From the NCBI GenBank assembly GCA_003022865.1, contig PXSK01000036.1, forward strand, positions 63,122 through 127,121: 64,000 nt of DNA. Direction: 5' to 3'. This document shows, in pieces, positions 17,548 through 27,540 of this stretch (positions within the stretch are counted from its first letter, which is position 1; each line of letters opens with the position of its first letter). The translations under genes were made by a program, and so were the position numbers. The stretch is from Halobacteriales archaeon SW_5_70_135 (GTDB taxonomy: Archaea > Halobacteriota > Halobacteria > Halobacteriales > SW-7-71-33). The notes under the pieces are model-generated. The model did no database searches. It was given only the letters and a program-made list of their open reading frames with translations, and was not told the origin of the DNA.

Positions 17548-18204
17548 TCAGCAGCCGCCGGCGGCGCCGCCGGCCGCGCCGGCACCGCCGGCACAGGCGG
17601 CGGCCGCGCCGGAACTGGAGGCGGCGGCCGCGGCGGCGACGGCGGCGCCGCCGGTGTAGACGCCGGAGGCGGCCATCGACTCGGCGTCGAACTGCTTGAA
17701 GTTCACCGGTGGGACGCCGTCGTCGCCGTCGTCCCCCTCGGCGACCGCCGCTCGCAGCGCCCGCAGGTCGCCCGTCGACAGGAACTGCTCGACCAGCGGC
17801 GGGTGGACGGTCACGCGGCGGTAGACCGCCCGCTGTTCGTCGGCGTCCGCGTAGGCGAACTGCACGTCGTAGTGGCGCACGTGTATGTCCCCGAAGGCGG
17901 GGTGGACGGCCTCCAGCACCCGACCGACGACGTCCCATACCCGGTCCCGCGGCGGCTCGCCCGGCGGGTCGAACAGCACCGGCACGACGGGGACGACCAC
18001 GTCGCCGCCGTCGTCGTGGGTGTTGACGCGGTTCACCTCCGCAACCGCGGGCGTCTCCGCGAGGTACTCCGGCAGGGGGTCGAACGTCTCGACGAGGGCG
18101 TCCTCGGCCTCGCGCTGGCGGTCGCGGTAGTTCTCCGTCAGTTCCTCCAGCCCGAGCGCGTCGAGCGCGTCGGCGACGCGCTCCGTGAGACCCTGTTCGG
18201 ACAT
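17548..18204 (-). CDS. Hypothetical acidic protein with a C-terminal Gly/Ala tail ending in Cys
   Basis: Track ORF (218 aa). The N-terminal 170 aa look globular. The last about 40 aa are GGAAVAAAAAASSSGAAAACAGGAGAAGGAAGGC. No family recognised. Confidence 0.6.
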   Translation of the reverse strand: MSEQGLTERVADALDALGLEELTENYRDRQREAEDALVETFDPLPEYLAETPAVAEVNRVNTHDDGGDVVVPVVPVLFDPPGEPPRDRVWDVVGRVLEAVHPAFGDIHVRHYDVQFAYADADEQRAVYRRVTVHPPLVEQFLSTGDLRALRAAVAEGDDGDDGVPPVNFKQFDAESMAASGVYTGGAAVAAAAAASSSGAAAACAGGAGAAGGAAGGC

Positions 18205-18348
18205 ACGACCGAGGGTACGCGGCGTCCGCTGAAAAGCGGCGGGGCCGTCCGCCCGCGGGGCGGAGGGGCGGGCGACGCGCCGGGAGTACCGAACCGCTGG
18301 CGGACGGGCACTCGCGGACGGACCGCTCGCGGGCGTCGAGCCGTAGGC

Positions 18349-19209
18349 TCAGGACTCCGGGGGCGCGGACTCCTCGTCGGCGAGGGCGGTGACCAACGGG
18401 GCGTCGGTCGTCGGATGGTCGTCGACGGCCGCGGTGACGTCGAACGTCGACCGGAGCGTGTCGCGCCCGAGCACCGTCTCGGGCGGGCCGCGGGCCCGTA
18501 TCCGGCCGTCGGCGAGGACGACTAGCCGGTCACAGAACCGCGCGGCCAGGTTGAGGTCGTGGACGGCCGCGACCGCGGTCCGTCCCTCGTCGACGATCTC
18601 GCGGGTCAGGTCGAGCGTGGCGACCTGGTGGCCGATGTCGAGGCTGGCGGTCGGCTCGTCCAGGACGAGCACGTCGGCGTCCTGGGCGAGCGCGCGGGCG
18701 AGCAGCACCCGACTGCGCTCCCCGCCGCTGACGGCGCCGACCGACCGCTCCGCCAGGTCGGTCACGCCGACGCGCTCCATCGCCCGGTCGACGGCGTCGG
18801 GGTCGGGGTCGGCCCCGAAGCGCGGCCGGTGGGGGTGTCGACCCATCTCGACGACCGTCCGCACGTCGAAGGCGAAGCCCACGCTCGTGTCCTGTGGCAC
18901 GGTCGCCACGCGGCGACTCCGCTCGCGGGCCGACAGCGCGTCCACGTCGTCGCCACCGACACGGACCGCGCCCGCGTCGGGCGCGAGCGTGCCGTTGACC
19001 GTCCGCAGCAGCGTCGTCTTGCCGGCGCCGTTCGGGCCGACCAGCCCCACCAGTTCGCCCGGCGTCGCCCGGAGGTCGACGCCGTCGAGCACGCGCTGGC
19101 CGCCCAGGTCGACGGTGACGCCGCCCGCGTCGATGCCGGCGAGTCCGTCGGGGCGGGCGTGGCCAGTGGGGCGGCGACCGGTCGCGGCCCGCAGCAGGGC
19201 GTCGATCAC
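18349..19209 (-). CDS. ABC transporter ATP-binding protein (iron-siderophore/cobalamin type, FepC/BtuD-like)
   Basis: Walker A GPNGAGKTT, signature LSGGERSRV, Walker B VLVLDEPT. GTG 19209 overlaps the permease stop (GTGA). The long track ORF 18349..20760 is an off-frame extension. Confidence 0.88.
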   Translation of the reverse strand: MIDALLRAATGRRPTGHARPDGLAGIDAGGVTVDLGGQRVLDGVDLRATPGELVGLVGPNGAGKTTLLRTVNGTLAPDAGAVRVGGDDVDALSARERSRRVATVPQDTSVGFAFDVRTVVEMGRHPHRPRFGADPDPDAVDRAMERVGVTDLAERSVGAVSGGERSRVLLARALAQDADVLVLDEPTASLDIGHQVATLDLTREIVDEGRTAVAAVHDLNLAARFCDRLVVLADGRIRARGPPETVLGRDTLRSTFDVTAAVDDHPTTDAPLVTALADEESAPPES

Positions 19210-20342
19210 AGCTCGTGTACCTCCCGGCGACGGAGCAGGAAGAGAAAGAAGGGTGCGCCGAGAAAGGCGGTGACGATGCCGACGGGCAGCTCCAGCGCGC
19301 CCAGCCGGGCGACCGTGTCCGTCGCCACGAGGAAGACGGCGCCGGCGACGGCACTCGTCGGCATGAGCACGCGGTGGTCGGGGCCGACGACGAGCCGCAG
19401 CAGGTGCGGGACGACCAGGCCGACGAAGCCGATCACCCCGGAGACGGCGACGGCGGCGCCGGTGAGCACGCTGGCGACCGCCAGCAGCACCCGTTTCGTG
19501 CGCTCGACCTCGACGCCGAGGGCGGCGGCCTCCTCCTCGCCCAGGAGCATGAGGTTCAGCTCGCGGGCGTGGGCGTACAGCACGGCGAAGGCGACGACGG
19601 CGACGGGGACGATGACGGCCACCTTCCCCCAGGTGCTCCATCCGAGGTGACCGAGCAGCCAGAGGTACGCCTCCCGGAGCGAGCGGCCGTTGGTGACGAG
19701 CATGTAGGCGACGACCGCGCCGAGAAACGTCTGCATCGCCACGCCCGCGAGCAGCAGCGTGGCGACGGGCGTGTGGCCGTCCTCCGTGGCGACCGCGTAG
19801 ACGAGGAAGGCCGCCCCGACGGCGCCGAGGAAGGCGGCCACCGGCAGGCCGAGCGGGACCGACACCGAGGCGACGATGGCGGCGACCGCGCCGACGGCGC
19901 CGCCGGAGGAGACGCCGACGATGGAGGGGTCGGCCATCGGGTTGCGGAAGAAGCCCTGCATCACCGTCCCGGCGGTGGCGAGCGCGAAGCCGACCGCCGC
20001 CCCGAGGGCGACCCGTGGTAGCCGCAGCCGCACGACGATCACCTGGTGAGCGTCGCTGACGGCGAACTCGAACGGCGACAGCCAGGCCAGACCGACGACG
20101 GGACCGGGCAGTGACACCGGGCCGAGATGCCACTGGCCCCAGTCGGGGGCCGGCACCGGCAGGCTGACGGCGTTCAGCGTCGCTCGCGCGATGGTGCCGT
20201 AGGCGATCGGTTCGTAGCCCACGCGGGCACCGACGAGGACGGTGCCGACGAGCAGCACGACGAGCGCCCCGGTGTAGACGACCGCCCGCGAGCGAACCCC
20301 CCACGAGCGCGGCGCCGGCAGGCGCTCCCGCGAGAGCGACAT
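19206..20342 (-). CDS. ABC transporter permease, FecCD/BtuC family
   Basis: Trimmed to ATG 20342 (MSLSRERL...). Has about 9-10 TM helices and FecCD-type conserved stretches (RLPRVALGAAVGFALATAGTVMQGFFRNPMADPSIVGVSSG). Confidence 0.88.
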   Translation of the reverse strand: MSLSRERLPAPRSWGVRSRAVVYTGALVVLLVGTVLVGARVGYEPIAYGTIARATLNAVSLPVPAPDWGQWHLGPVSLPGPVVGLAWLSPFEFAVSDAHQVIVVRLRLPRVALGAAVGFALATAGTVMQGFFRNPMADPSIVGVSSGGAVGAVAAIVASVSVPLGLPVAAFLGAVGAAFLVYAVATEDGHTPVATLLLAGVAMQTFLGAVVAYMLVTNGRSLREAYLWLLGHLGWSTWGKVAVIVPVAVVAFAVLYAHARELNLMLLGEEEAAALGVEVERTKRVLLAVASVLTGAAVAVSGVIGFVGLVVPHLLRLVVGPDHRVLMPTSAVAGAVFLVATDTVARLGALELPVGIVTAFLGAPFFLFLLRRREVHEL

Positions 20343-20363
20343 CGGTCTGTGCAACTGCACTTG

Positions 20364-20383
20364 CTTTAGATAAATACTTATTG
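20364..20383. promoter_or_regulatory. Bidirectional AT-rich promoter between the ABC permease and substrate-binding protein genes
   Basis: CTTTAGATAAATACTTATTG lies about 30 nt from both divergent ATGs (20342 minus, 20405 plus). Confidence 0.5.
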
Positions 20384-20404
20384 ACTCCGCTCGCCCGGTC
20401 GGAC

Positions 20405-21637
20405 ATGCGAGACAGGTTCGTCGCCACAGTCGCGCTGTCCACACTGGTCGTACTGGTCGCCGTCGCCCCGCTGGCGGGCGTCGCGAGCGCCGACGTCACG
20501 GAGCCGCGGGCGGCCGCGTCGGTCGCCGCCGAGCCGGTCGCGCCGGGGGCGGCCGGTCTGACGGGACCGACCACCGACGGCGTCGCGTCGCTACAGCAGC
20601 AGTGCACGGAGGGTGAGGCCTCGTACCCGCTGGAGGTCGAGGACAACACGAGCGCGACGGTCACGATCGAGGAGGCGCCGGAGACGGTCGTCACGCTCGG
20701 GCCGAGCGCCGCACAGACGGTGTGGGAGCTCGGCGCCGATGACAAGGTCGTCGGCGTCACGCAGTTCGCCGCCTACCTGGAGGGCGCGGGCGAGAAGACG
20801 AACGTCTCGACGTCACAGTTCGCCGTCTACGACGCCGAGGCGATCGTCGCGGCCGACCCCGACGTGGTGCTGGCGCCGAACATCGTCTTCGAAAGCGAGG
20901 TGACCCGACTGCGCGAGGCCGGCCTCACGGTGTACAAGTTCGACCCCGCGACGTCGATCGAGGACATCCAGCGGAAGACCCTGCTCACGGGCGCCCTGGT
21001 CGACGACTGCGAGGCCGCCCGCGAGACGAACCGCTGGGTGCGGCAGAACCTCGACGCCGTCACCGGGGCTGTCGAGAGCCGCGAGCCGGTGCGGGCGCTG
21101 TACGTCAGCTTCGGTCAGACGACCGGCGGCGACACGTTCACCCACAGCATGATCGAGGCCAGCGGCGCCACGAACGTCGTCAACGAGGCGGGCCAGACCG
21201 GCTACGTCTTCCCGGTCAATCAGGAGCTCGTCGCCGAGCAGGACCCCGAGTGGCTCGTTCTGACCAACCCCAACTCGCGAGTGCCGGAGCAGGCGCCGTA
21301 CAACCAGACGACCGCCGGCGAGGAGGGCAACGTCGTCGTCGTCAGCTCCAACTGGCTCAACCAGCCCGCCCCCCGGTCGGTCGTCTTCGCCGTGCGCAAC
21401 ATGACCGAGGCGTTCCACGGCGACGTCTACGGCCCGGAGAGCTACGTCTCCCGCGAGGAGGCCGCGCGGACACCGACGCCCACCACGACGACGGGGACGA
21501 CCACCACCGACACGACCGACAGCACCACGGCGGAGCCCACGACCGCCGACGACGGGCAGGCCCAGCCCGGCTTCGGCGCCGTCGTCGCCGTCGTCGCCGT
21601 GCTGGGGGCACTGGCGCTGCTGCGACGGCGCGACTGA
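20405..21637 (+). CDS. Periplasmic-type substrate-binding protein (BtuF/FhuD class) with Thr-rich linker and PGF-CTERM archaeosortase sorting signal
   Basis: ATG 20405, signal peptide [29 protein letters not shown]. Class-III SBP body. C-terminus is [55 protein letters not shown]. Confidence 0.85.
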   Translation: MRDRFVATVALSTLVVLVAVAPLAGVASADVTEPRAAASVAAEPVAPGAAGLTGPTTDGVASLQQQCTEGEASYPLEVEDNTSATVTIEEAPETVVTLGPSAAQTVWELGADDKVVGVTQFAAYLEGAGEKTNVSTSQFAVYDAEAIVAADPDVVLAPNIVFESEVTRLREAGLTVYKFDPATSIEDIQRKTLLTGALVDDCEAARETNRWVRQNLDAVTGAVESREPVRALYVSFGQTTGGDTFTHSMIEASGATNVVNEAGQTGYVFPVNQELVAEQDPEWLVLTNPNSRVPEQAPYNQTTAGEEGNVVVVSSNWLNQPAPRSVVFAVRNMTEAFHGDVYGPESYVSREEAARTPTPTTTTGTTTTDTTDSTTAEPTTADDGQAQPGFGAVVAVVAVLGALALLRRRD

Positions 21638-21725
21638 CTCCCCTCGCCGTCGGCGTCACCGCCGCCGTCGACCGCCGCGGGAGCCGGACCACAACGCTCA
21701 CACCGGTCCGCCCCACAGCGTCGGT

Positions 21726-22007
21726 ATGGTCGAGAACGCCATCTACCCCGCCTATCTGGACGGCGACTGTACCAGAGGCGAGGGGCGTCGGGTGCCGGCG
21801 ACGGCGGCCGTCGAGGAACCGACCGTCGACGAGATCGCCAAGGCGGTCCAGCAGGTGGGGTACGACGCGGTCGTGGAGCGAGACGTCGCCTACTCGCGGG
21901 AGCACTGGCGGGAGCGCGGGCGCGTTCTCGTCAAGGGCGCCGAGGACGCCACGAAGAACGACATCGTCCAAGCGGTCGCGGCGTACGTGACCGCCATGCG
22001 GGACTGA
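21726..22007 (+). CDS. srp19: Signal recognition particle protein SRP19
   Basis: 93 aa; IYPAYLD...[10 protein letters not shown]-terminal motif typical of SRP19. Confidence 0.85.
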   Translation: MVENAIYPAYLDGDCTRGEGRRVPATAAVEEPTVDEIAKAVQQVGYDAVVERDVAYSREHWRERGRVLVKGAEDATKNDIVQAVAAYVTAMRD

Positions 22008-22291
22008 TGCGACCCGCCGGCGAGGTCGTCCGCGCGACCGGCGGCGTCGCGGTGCTGCGGGCCGCCGTCTCCGTCGACCCCGAGACCGTCGACCGCGACG
22101 ACCCGACGCCGGCGCTGTCGGCCGCCGGCCTGCCCGCCGCGGGCGACGAGGTGGTCGACGGCTCGCTGACGACCGTCGGCCGGGTGGTCGACGCGTTCGG
22201 CCCGCTGGAGCGGCCGTACCTCGCCGTCGACGCCGACGACCCCGCCGCACACATCGGCGAGCGCCTCTACGTCCGCGAGCGCCAGCGATGA
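22007..22291 (+). CDS. gar1: H/ACA RNP protein Gar1
   Basis: 94 aa; GRVVDAFGPLERPYLAV core typical of archaeal Gar1. The ATG shares 1 nt with the srp19 TGA. Confidence 0.8.
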   Translation: MRPAGEVVRATGGVAVLRAAVSVDPETVDRDDPTPALSAAGLPAAGDEVVDGSLTTVGRVVDAFGPLERPYLAVDADDPAAHIGERLYVRERQR

Positions 22292-23358
22292 CCGGGGACG
22301 CGCCCGCTCCCCGGCCGGCGACCCGTGCCCGCGGACCCTCGGCAGCGACCGTGCTGTGCGTGCTCGGGGTCTTCGTGGCGGTGCAAGTCGGGGCGCTTTC
22401 GCTGGCGGCGCCGTTCGCCGGCGACGGCGCTGGCGCCGGTGCCGGCGCCGTCGAGAACCCCGGCGACCCCGTCTTCGGCGTGGTGTACCTCGCCGGCGTG
22501 CTCGTAGTCTCGGGCGCGCTGCTCGTCGCGGTGCGACGCGGCGCGACCTGGGTGCTGCGTGGCTTCGCCGTGTTCGCCTCGGGGCTGCTGTCGTGGTTCG
22601 TGCTGGCCTCGCTGCTGCCGGCGCTGGGCTCCGGCGTCGTCGGACCGCTGGTGACGGTCCACGTCCCGGCGACGGTCGGCGCGCTGGCGCTGGTGGTCGC
22701 CCTGCTGGTGCGCCCGGAGTGGTACGTCCTCGACCTCGTCGGGGTGCTGACCGGGGCGGGTGCGGCCGGCCTCGTCGGCGTGACCCTCGACGTGCTCCCG
22801 GTGCTCGTGTTGCTCGTGACGCTGTCGGCCTACGACGCCGTGGCGGTGTACGGCACCGGGCACGTGGGCGCGCTGGCCGGCGGCGCCGTCGAGTCCCGCG
22901 CGCCGGTACTGTTCGTCGTTCCCGGCGACCGCTCCTTCTCCTATCTCCACCGCGACGACAACGACGATGACGACGGTGACGGCGACGGCGACGGCGAGGA
23001 GCGACCGCCGAGACGGCCCGACGGCGGCCGACCGTCCGCGTCGGCGTCGCCGCCCGGCGGCGCGCTGTTCATTGGCATTGGCGACGCGGTGTTGCCGACG
23101 ACGCTGGCGGTCAGCGCCGTCGCCTATCTGCCGGCGCCGCTGTTCGACCTGCCCGGCGTGGCGCTGTCGCTGCCGGCGCTGAGCGCCCTCCTCGGCACGC
23201 TGGCCGGTCTGGGCGTGCTGCTGTGGGCGGGCAGAGGCGGCCGCGCACACGCCGGCCTCCCGCCGCTGAACGGCGGGGCCCTCCTCGGCTATCTCGCCGG
23301 CTCGCTGGCCGCCGGCGTCCCGCTGGCCGAGGCCCTCGGCGTCGCCGCTTACCTCTGA
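22288..23358 (+). CDS. Presenilin / signal-peptide-peptidase-like intramembrane aspartyl protease (A22 family), paralogue 1
   Basis: Multi-pass membrane protein with YD (LSAYDAVAVY), GxGD (GIGDAVLP) and a PAL-like motif (HAGLPPLNGG). Has a long acidic loop, DDNDDDDGDGDGDGEE. ATGA overlap with gar1. Confidence 0.8.
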   Translation: MTGDAPAPRPATRARGPSAATVLCVLGVFVAVQVGALSLAAPFAGDGAGAGAGAVENPGDPVFGVVYLAGVLVVSGALLVAVRRGATWVLRGFAVFASGLLSWFVLASLLPALGSGVVGPLVTVHVPATVGALALVVALLVRPEWYVLDLVGVLTGAGAAGLVGVTLDVLPVLVLLVTLSAYDAVAVYGTGHVGALAGGAVESRAPVLFVVPGDRSFSYLHRDDNDDDDGDGDGDGEERPPRRPDGGRPSASASPPGGALFIGIGDAVLPTTLAVSAVAYLPAPLFDLPGVALSLPALSALLGTLAGLGVLLWAGRGGRAHAGLPPLNGGALLGYLAGSLAAGVPLAEALGVAAYL

Positions 23359-23417
23359 CTCCGATTCCGGGACCCGCGGACGACACGCACTTGTCCCGTC
23401 CCGCCGCAGAGTCGGCC

Positions 23418-24473
23418 GTGAGCGACACGAGAGACGCCGACCGGCGAGAGACGCCGGACGGCGAGGCGGTGGCCGACGTCGACCTCGACGCCGACGGCAG
23501 CCGGTCCGACGCGGGCGTGTACGACGAGCGGGGGGGAGCCACCGGGGAGACGGCGGCAGAGAAGACGTTCGAGCCGCTCCCCGCCGCCGGGATTTTCCTG
23601 CTGTACGCGCTGACGGTCCTCGGCGGGGTGGCGCTCATCGGCCCGTACCGGGCCGCCGGGGTGCGGGCGTTCGAGGACCCCACCGCGCTGTCGAACGTCG
23701 CGCTGATCGTCGCCGAGGTGCTGGTCGCGACGCTGCTGCTGCTGCTCGCCTTCCGCTCCGACCGCGCCGAGGGGGTGGTCCGGCTGGTCGTGCTCGGGGC
23801 CGTCGCCGTGCTCGTCCAGTCGCCCGTCGGCGTGTTGCTGCCGGCGAGCGTGCCCGCGCCGGGGCTGGTCGGGCCGGCCGTCGGTGCGGCCGTCGCCGGC
23901 GTGCTGTGGGTCTACCCGGAGTGGTACGTGATAGACGCCGCGGCGGTCGGCTTCGGCGCCGCCGCCGTCGGACTGTTCGGGGTGAGCCTGTCGCCGCTGC
24001 CGGTAGTCGCCCTGCTGGTCGTGATGGCCGTCTACGACGTCTACTCGGTGTACGTCAGCGAGCACATGCAATCCCTCGGCGGCGGCGTCGTCGGCCTGAA
24101 GCTGCCGATGGTGTTCGTCGTCCCCGTCGACCGGGAGTTCTCGCTGCTGGCGGTCGACGACCTCGCCGACCTCTCCGAGGGGGCGATGCTGCTGGGCGTG
24201 GGCGACGCCGTCTTCCCCGGGATGCTCGCCGCCAGCGCGCTCGCCTTCCTCGACGCGCCCGCCGTCGTCGCCGGCCTGAGCCTCCCCGTCCTGGGCGCGC
24301 TCGCCGGCGCCGCGGTCGGCTTCGTCGCGCTCGAAGTTCTCCTGTTCGCGGTCCGGCGCACCCACGCCGGTCTCCCCGCGCTCAACGGCGGCGTCCTCGC
24401 CGGCTACCTCGCCGGCTCGCTGGCCGCCGGCGTCCCGCTCGTCGAGGCGCTCGGACTCGCGCCGTACCTCTGA
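23418..24473 (+). CDS. Presenilin / signal-peptide-peptidase-like intramembrane aspartyl protease (A22 family), paralogue 2
   Basis: YD (VMAVYDVYSVY), GxGD (GVGDAVFPG), PAL (HAGLPALNGG). The C-terminal 40 aa are nearly identical to paralogue 1. Start is tentatively GTG 23418, since there is no in-frame ATG upstream of the first TM. Confidence 0.75.
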   Translation: MSDTRDADRRETPDGEAVADVDLDADGSRSDAGVYDERGGATGETAAEKTFEPLPAAGIFLLYALTVLGGVALIGPYRAAGVRAFEDPTALSNVALIVAEVLVATLLLLLAFRSDRAEGVVRLVVLGAVAVLVQSPVGVLLPASVPAPGLVGPAVGAAVAGVLWVYPEWYVIDAAAVGFGAAAVGLFGVSLSPLPVVALLVVMAVYDVYSVYVSEHMQSLGGGVVGLKLPMVFVVPVDREFSLLAVDDLADLSEGAMLLGVGDAVFPGMLAASALAFLDAPAVVAGLSLPVLGALAGAAVGFVALEVLLFAVRRTHAGLPALNGGVLAGYLAGSLAAGVPLVEALGLAPYL

Positions 24474-24580
24474 CGTTCCGGAGCGCTCGTCGAGCCGGGA
24501 AACCGGCAGACAGCGACGGCCCAGTTTCACTTTCACCCGGATTGGCGTCGGTTGAAGCAGGCGGCGCTCGTGGTGGCGGT

Positions 24581-25660
24581 ATGGACGACAGCGTGCGACG
24601 ACACGCCGAGGTTCTGGTGGAGCACTCGATCGAGGCGAGCGCCGGCGACCAGGTGCTGATCCGGGCGCCGACGGCCGCCGAGGAGTTGGTGGTCGCGCTG
24701 TACGAGCGGCTCGGAGCCGTCGACGCCCGGCCGGAGACGCTGTGGACCGATCGGCGGGCCGACCGCGCCTACCTGGAGCGGGTCGACGCCGACGCGGTGA
24801 TTACTCGTGAGACGCGCCTGGCCGCCACGGAGGCCGCCGACGCCGTCGTGCTGGTGAAGGCGCCGCGCAACGCCGCGGAGGGCAGCGACGTCTCGGGCGA
24901 GGTCGCCCGGGCGCGCGGCGAGGCGAAGCAGCCGGTGCTCGACGCCCGCCTCGACGGTCGCTGGGTGATCACCGTCCACCCGACGGCCGCGGCGGCACAG
25001 CGCGCGGAGACGAGCACGGCGGCGTACCGCGACCTGGTACACGACGCCGTCGACCGCGACTGGGCCGCACACGCCGAGCGCCAGTCCGGGCTCGCGGAGC
25101 GACTCCGCGAGGCCGAGAAGCTCCGCCTCGTGGCGGGCGAGACGACGGACCTGCGTCTCTCGGTCACTGGCATGGACGTCTACGTCGACGACGCGACCGA
25201 GAACCTCCCCGGCGGCGAGGTGGCGACCGCGCCGGTCCCCGACAGCGTCGAAGGGACGGTCCGGGCGGACGCCCCGCTGGTCCGCGGCGGCGAGACGATC
25301 GAGGGCGCCCGACTCACCTTCGAGGACGGCCGCGTCGTCGACCACGACGCCGAGCGCAACGCGGCCGCGCTGGGGCGGCTGCTCGACCGCGACGAGGGCG
25401 CACGACGGCTCGGCGAGGTGGGCGTCGGCACGAACCGCGGGCTCGACCGCTTCGTCGGTGACGTGCTGTTCGACGAGAAGGTCGGCGGCACCGTCCACGT
25501 CGCGCTCGGGCGGTCGATGGAGGAGTGCGTGCCCGAGGGTCGGCCGTTCAACGAGAGTGCGGTCCACGCCGACGCCGTCGTCGACACCCGCGAGGACGCC
25601 CGCCTGGAGGTCGACGGCGAGGTCGTTCTGCGGGACGGGAGGTTCCGGTTCGAGGACTGA
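24581..25660 (+). CDS. Aminopeptidase, M29 (AmpS/PepS thermophilic metalloprotease) family
   Basis: 359 aa from ATG 24581. The C-terminal region GEVGVGTN...GTVHVALG...HADAVV matches the M29 metal-site pattern. Confidence 0.75.
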   Translation: MDDSVRRHAEVLVEHSIEASAGDQVLIRAPTAAEELVVALYERLGAVDARPETLWTDRRADRAYLERVDADAVITRETRLAATEAADAVVLVKAPRNAAEGSDVSGEVARARGEAKQPVLDARLDGRWVITVHPTAAAAQRAETSTAAYRDLVHDAVDRDWAAHAERQSGLAERLREAEKLRLVAGETTDLRLSVTGMDVYVDDATENLPGGEVATAPVPDSVEGTVRADAPLVRGGETIEGARLTFEDGRVVDHDAERNAAALGRLLDRDEGARRLGEVGVGTNRGLDRFVGDVLFDEKVGGTVHVALGRSMEECVPEGRPFNESAVHADAVVDTREDARLEVDGEVVLRDGRFRFED

Positions 25661-25666
25661 CTCGGA

Positions 25667-26707
25667 TCAGTCCTCGCGGCCGGGCATCGCCTCGCTGGCG
25701 GGCGCGACGTCGATGGTCGTGCCGCGGCCGCGCTCGCGAGCCCGCTCGTACAGCATGTACGCGGCCGCGATGGTCTCTATCGCCGTGCCGCCGGAGTCGA
25801 AGACGGTGACGTCCTCGGGGGACTCGCGGCCGGGCTCGACGCCCGCCACGACATCGCCGAGCTCGGCGTGGACGTGGGACTCGTCGACGACGCCGGCCTC
25901 GACGGCGGCGACGAACGAGCCGGCGTCGAGCGTCGCCCGCTCGCGGAGGTCGGGCACGTACCGCGCCCGGCGGACCGTCTCGCCGTCGAGTTCGCGCTTC
26001 TCGGGGTCGTACTGGCCGACGGCGGTGACGTGGGTGCCCGGCGAGAGCAGAGAGCCGTCGAAGACCGGTTCGCTCGCCGTCGTCGCCGTGATCACCGCAT
26101 CGGCGCCCTCGACGGCGGCCGCGCTGGAGGCGACGGCGGCGACCGTCGCGTCGAGGCGCTCGTTCAATCGGCCGGCGAACGTCTCGCGGTGGGCCTTCGT
26201 CGGCGAGTACACTTCGACGCGCTCCCAGTCCCGCACCGTCGCCGCCGCCAGCGCCTGGCCGCGGGCCTGCGTGCCCGAGCCGATCACCGCGAGGTCCGTG
26301 GCGTCCTCGCGGGCCAGGGCGTCCACGCCTACCGCGCCGGTCGCGCCGGTCTTGTACGGGTTCATCGCCGCGCCGTCGACGACCGCCAGCGGCTCGCCGC
26401 TCTCGGCGTCGAACACCGGCGTGAGAAACCAGGCGTCGCCCCTCCCGAAGCCGGCGGCGTACATGTAGCCGCCCATCGCGCCCGTCTCTGGGAGGATCGC
26501 CGTGTAGCCGGTGAGCATCCCGCCCGGAGCCGAACGGCCCGAGTCCGGGCCCGAGCGGCTCAGGTTCGAGCGGCTGAGCCGCGTACGCGGCCTGGCGGGC
26601 GCGCCATCCCCGCGCTGGCGGTAGCCCTCCCGCACCGCGTCGACGTACGCCCCCGGCTCTGCCAGGTCTGACACTTCCTCGCTGGTGAGATACAGCGCCT
26701 CGGTCAT
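25667..26707 (-). CDS. Ornithine cyclodeaminase / mu-crystallin family protein (archaeal alanine dehydrogenase-like)
   Basis: 346 aa; Rossmann VIGSGTQARGQ and family-typical NPYKTGATGAV and TAVGQYDPEKRELD. Confidence 0.8.
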   Translation of the reverse strand: MTEALYLTSEEVSDLAEPGAYVDAVREGYRQRGDGAPARPRTRLSRSNLSRSGPDSGRSAPGGMLTGYTAILPETGAMGGYMYAAGFGRGDAWFLTPVFDAESGEPLAVVDGAAMNPYKTGATGAVGVDALAREDATDLAVIGSGTQARGQALAAATVRDWERVEVYSPTKAHRETFAGRLNERLDATVAAVASSAAAVEGADAVITATTASEPVFDGSLLSPGTHVTAVGQYDPEKRELDGETVRRARYVPDLRERATLDAGSFVAAVEAGVVDESHVHAELGDVVAGVEPGRESPEDVTVFDSGGTAIETIAAAYMLYERARERGRGTTIDVAPASEAMPGRED

Positions 26708-26750
26708 CGACCGCCCTCTGTCGTGGCCCGACTAAAGGTGTGTCGTCACT

Positions 26751-27432
26751 CAGCAGTTGGTGTGCTTGAAGCGCTCGGCGCACTCATTGCTCATCGCTCT
26801 CGATTCTTCTGACGAGTCCTCCGAAGCCCTCGGCACGCTCTCCTCAGTTGCTTTCGATCCCGTAGTTGCGTCCTTCGAAGGGCGAGGCACGCTCGACGCC
26901 GCTGACTCGCTGCGCTCCTTACTGCGTTGCGGTGCTTACGTCGTCAGCGACGGTCAACCGTGCCTCGCCCTTCGAGTCTATCGGAACGGCGGAGCCGTTC
27001 CGGTCGCCCGAAAATCGCTCAGCGATTTTCGCAGGCCACCAGGTGTATACGGCGGCGAGTACTCCCCATGCCTCCCCGCCCGGTCGGTGAGTGTGCTCGG
27101 TCGGCTCGCCGTTGCTCGCCGGCTCGGCGGTTACACCGCCTCGCTTGGCGGCGCGTGGCGCCGCCCTCTCCTCGCACGTATCGACCGGGCGCAGCCTCGT
27201 TGCAGGGCGCGCGAGCAACGCGCGAGGGCCGAGAGGCGGCTGGGGAGGGCGAGGCTGCGGTGCGGTCGGGCGGGACTGAAAGAGGCTGGCCCGTTCGGGG
27301 TTCGTCGTGACGCAAGCACCGTGCTCAACTCGCCTCCGGCGAGTTGGTATCCAGCAGAACTTCGATTTGCACGACAGCGAAGCGAGGAGCGCAGCGAACG
27401 AGGTGCCCCGAACGGGCCGGGGGCTTTCTGGG
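26751..27432. repeat. Hairpin-array repeat element, copy 2 (degenerate; termini eroded)
   Basis: Shares blocks with copies 1 and 3 in the same order and orientation: CAGCAGTTGGTGTG; GACTCGCTGCGCTCCTTACTGCGTTGCGGTG; GCAAGCACCGTGCTCAACTCGCCTCCGGCGAGTTGG; CTTCGATTTGCACGACAGCGAAGCGAGGAGCGCAGCGA; GGGGGCTTTCTGG. It lacks the ATCTGAACA end. Confidence 0.7.
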
Positions 27433-27540
27433 ACCCCACAGCAGGATCGAGAGAGTCACAGACAACCGAAACCGCCGAACGGGGGGACATTCCAGACCGA
27501 CGCAGGAGAGTCGAGAGCGAACGCGGACGACCGGGTCACC

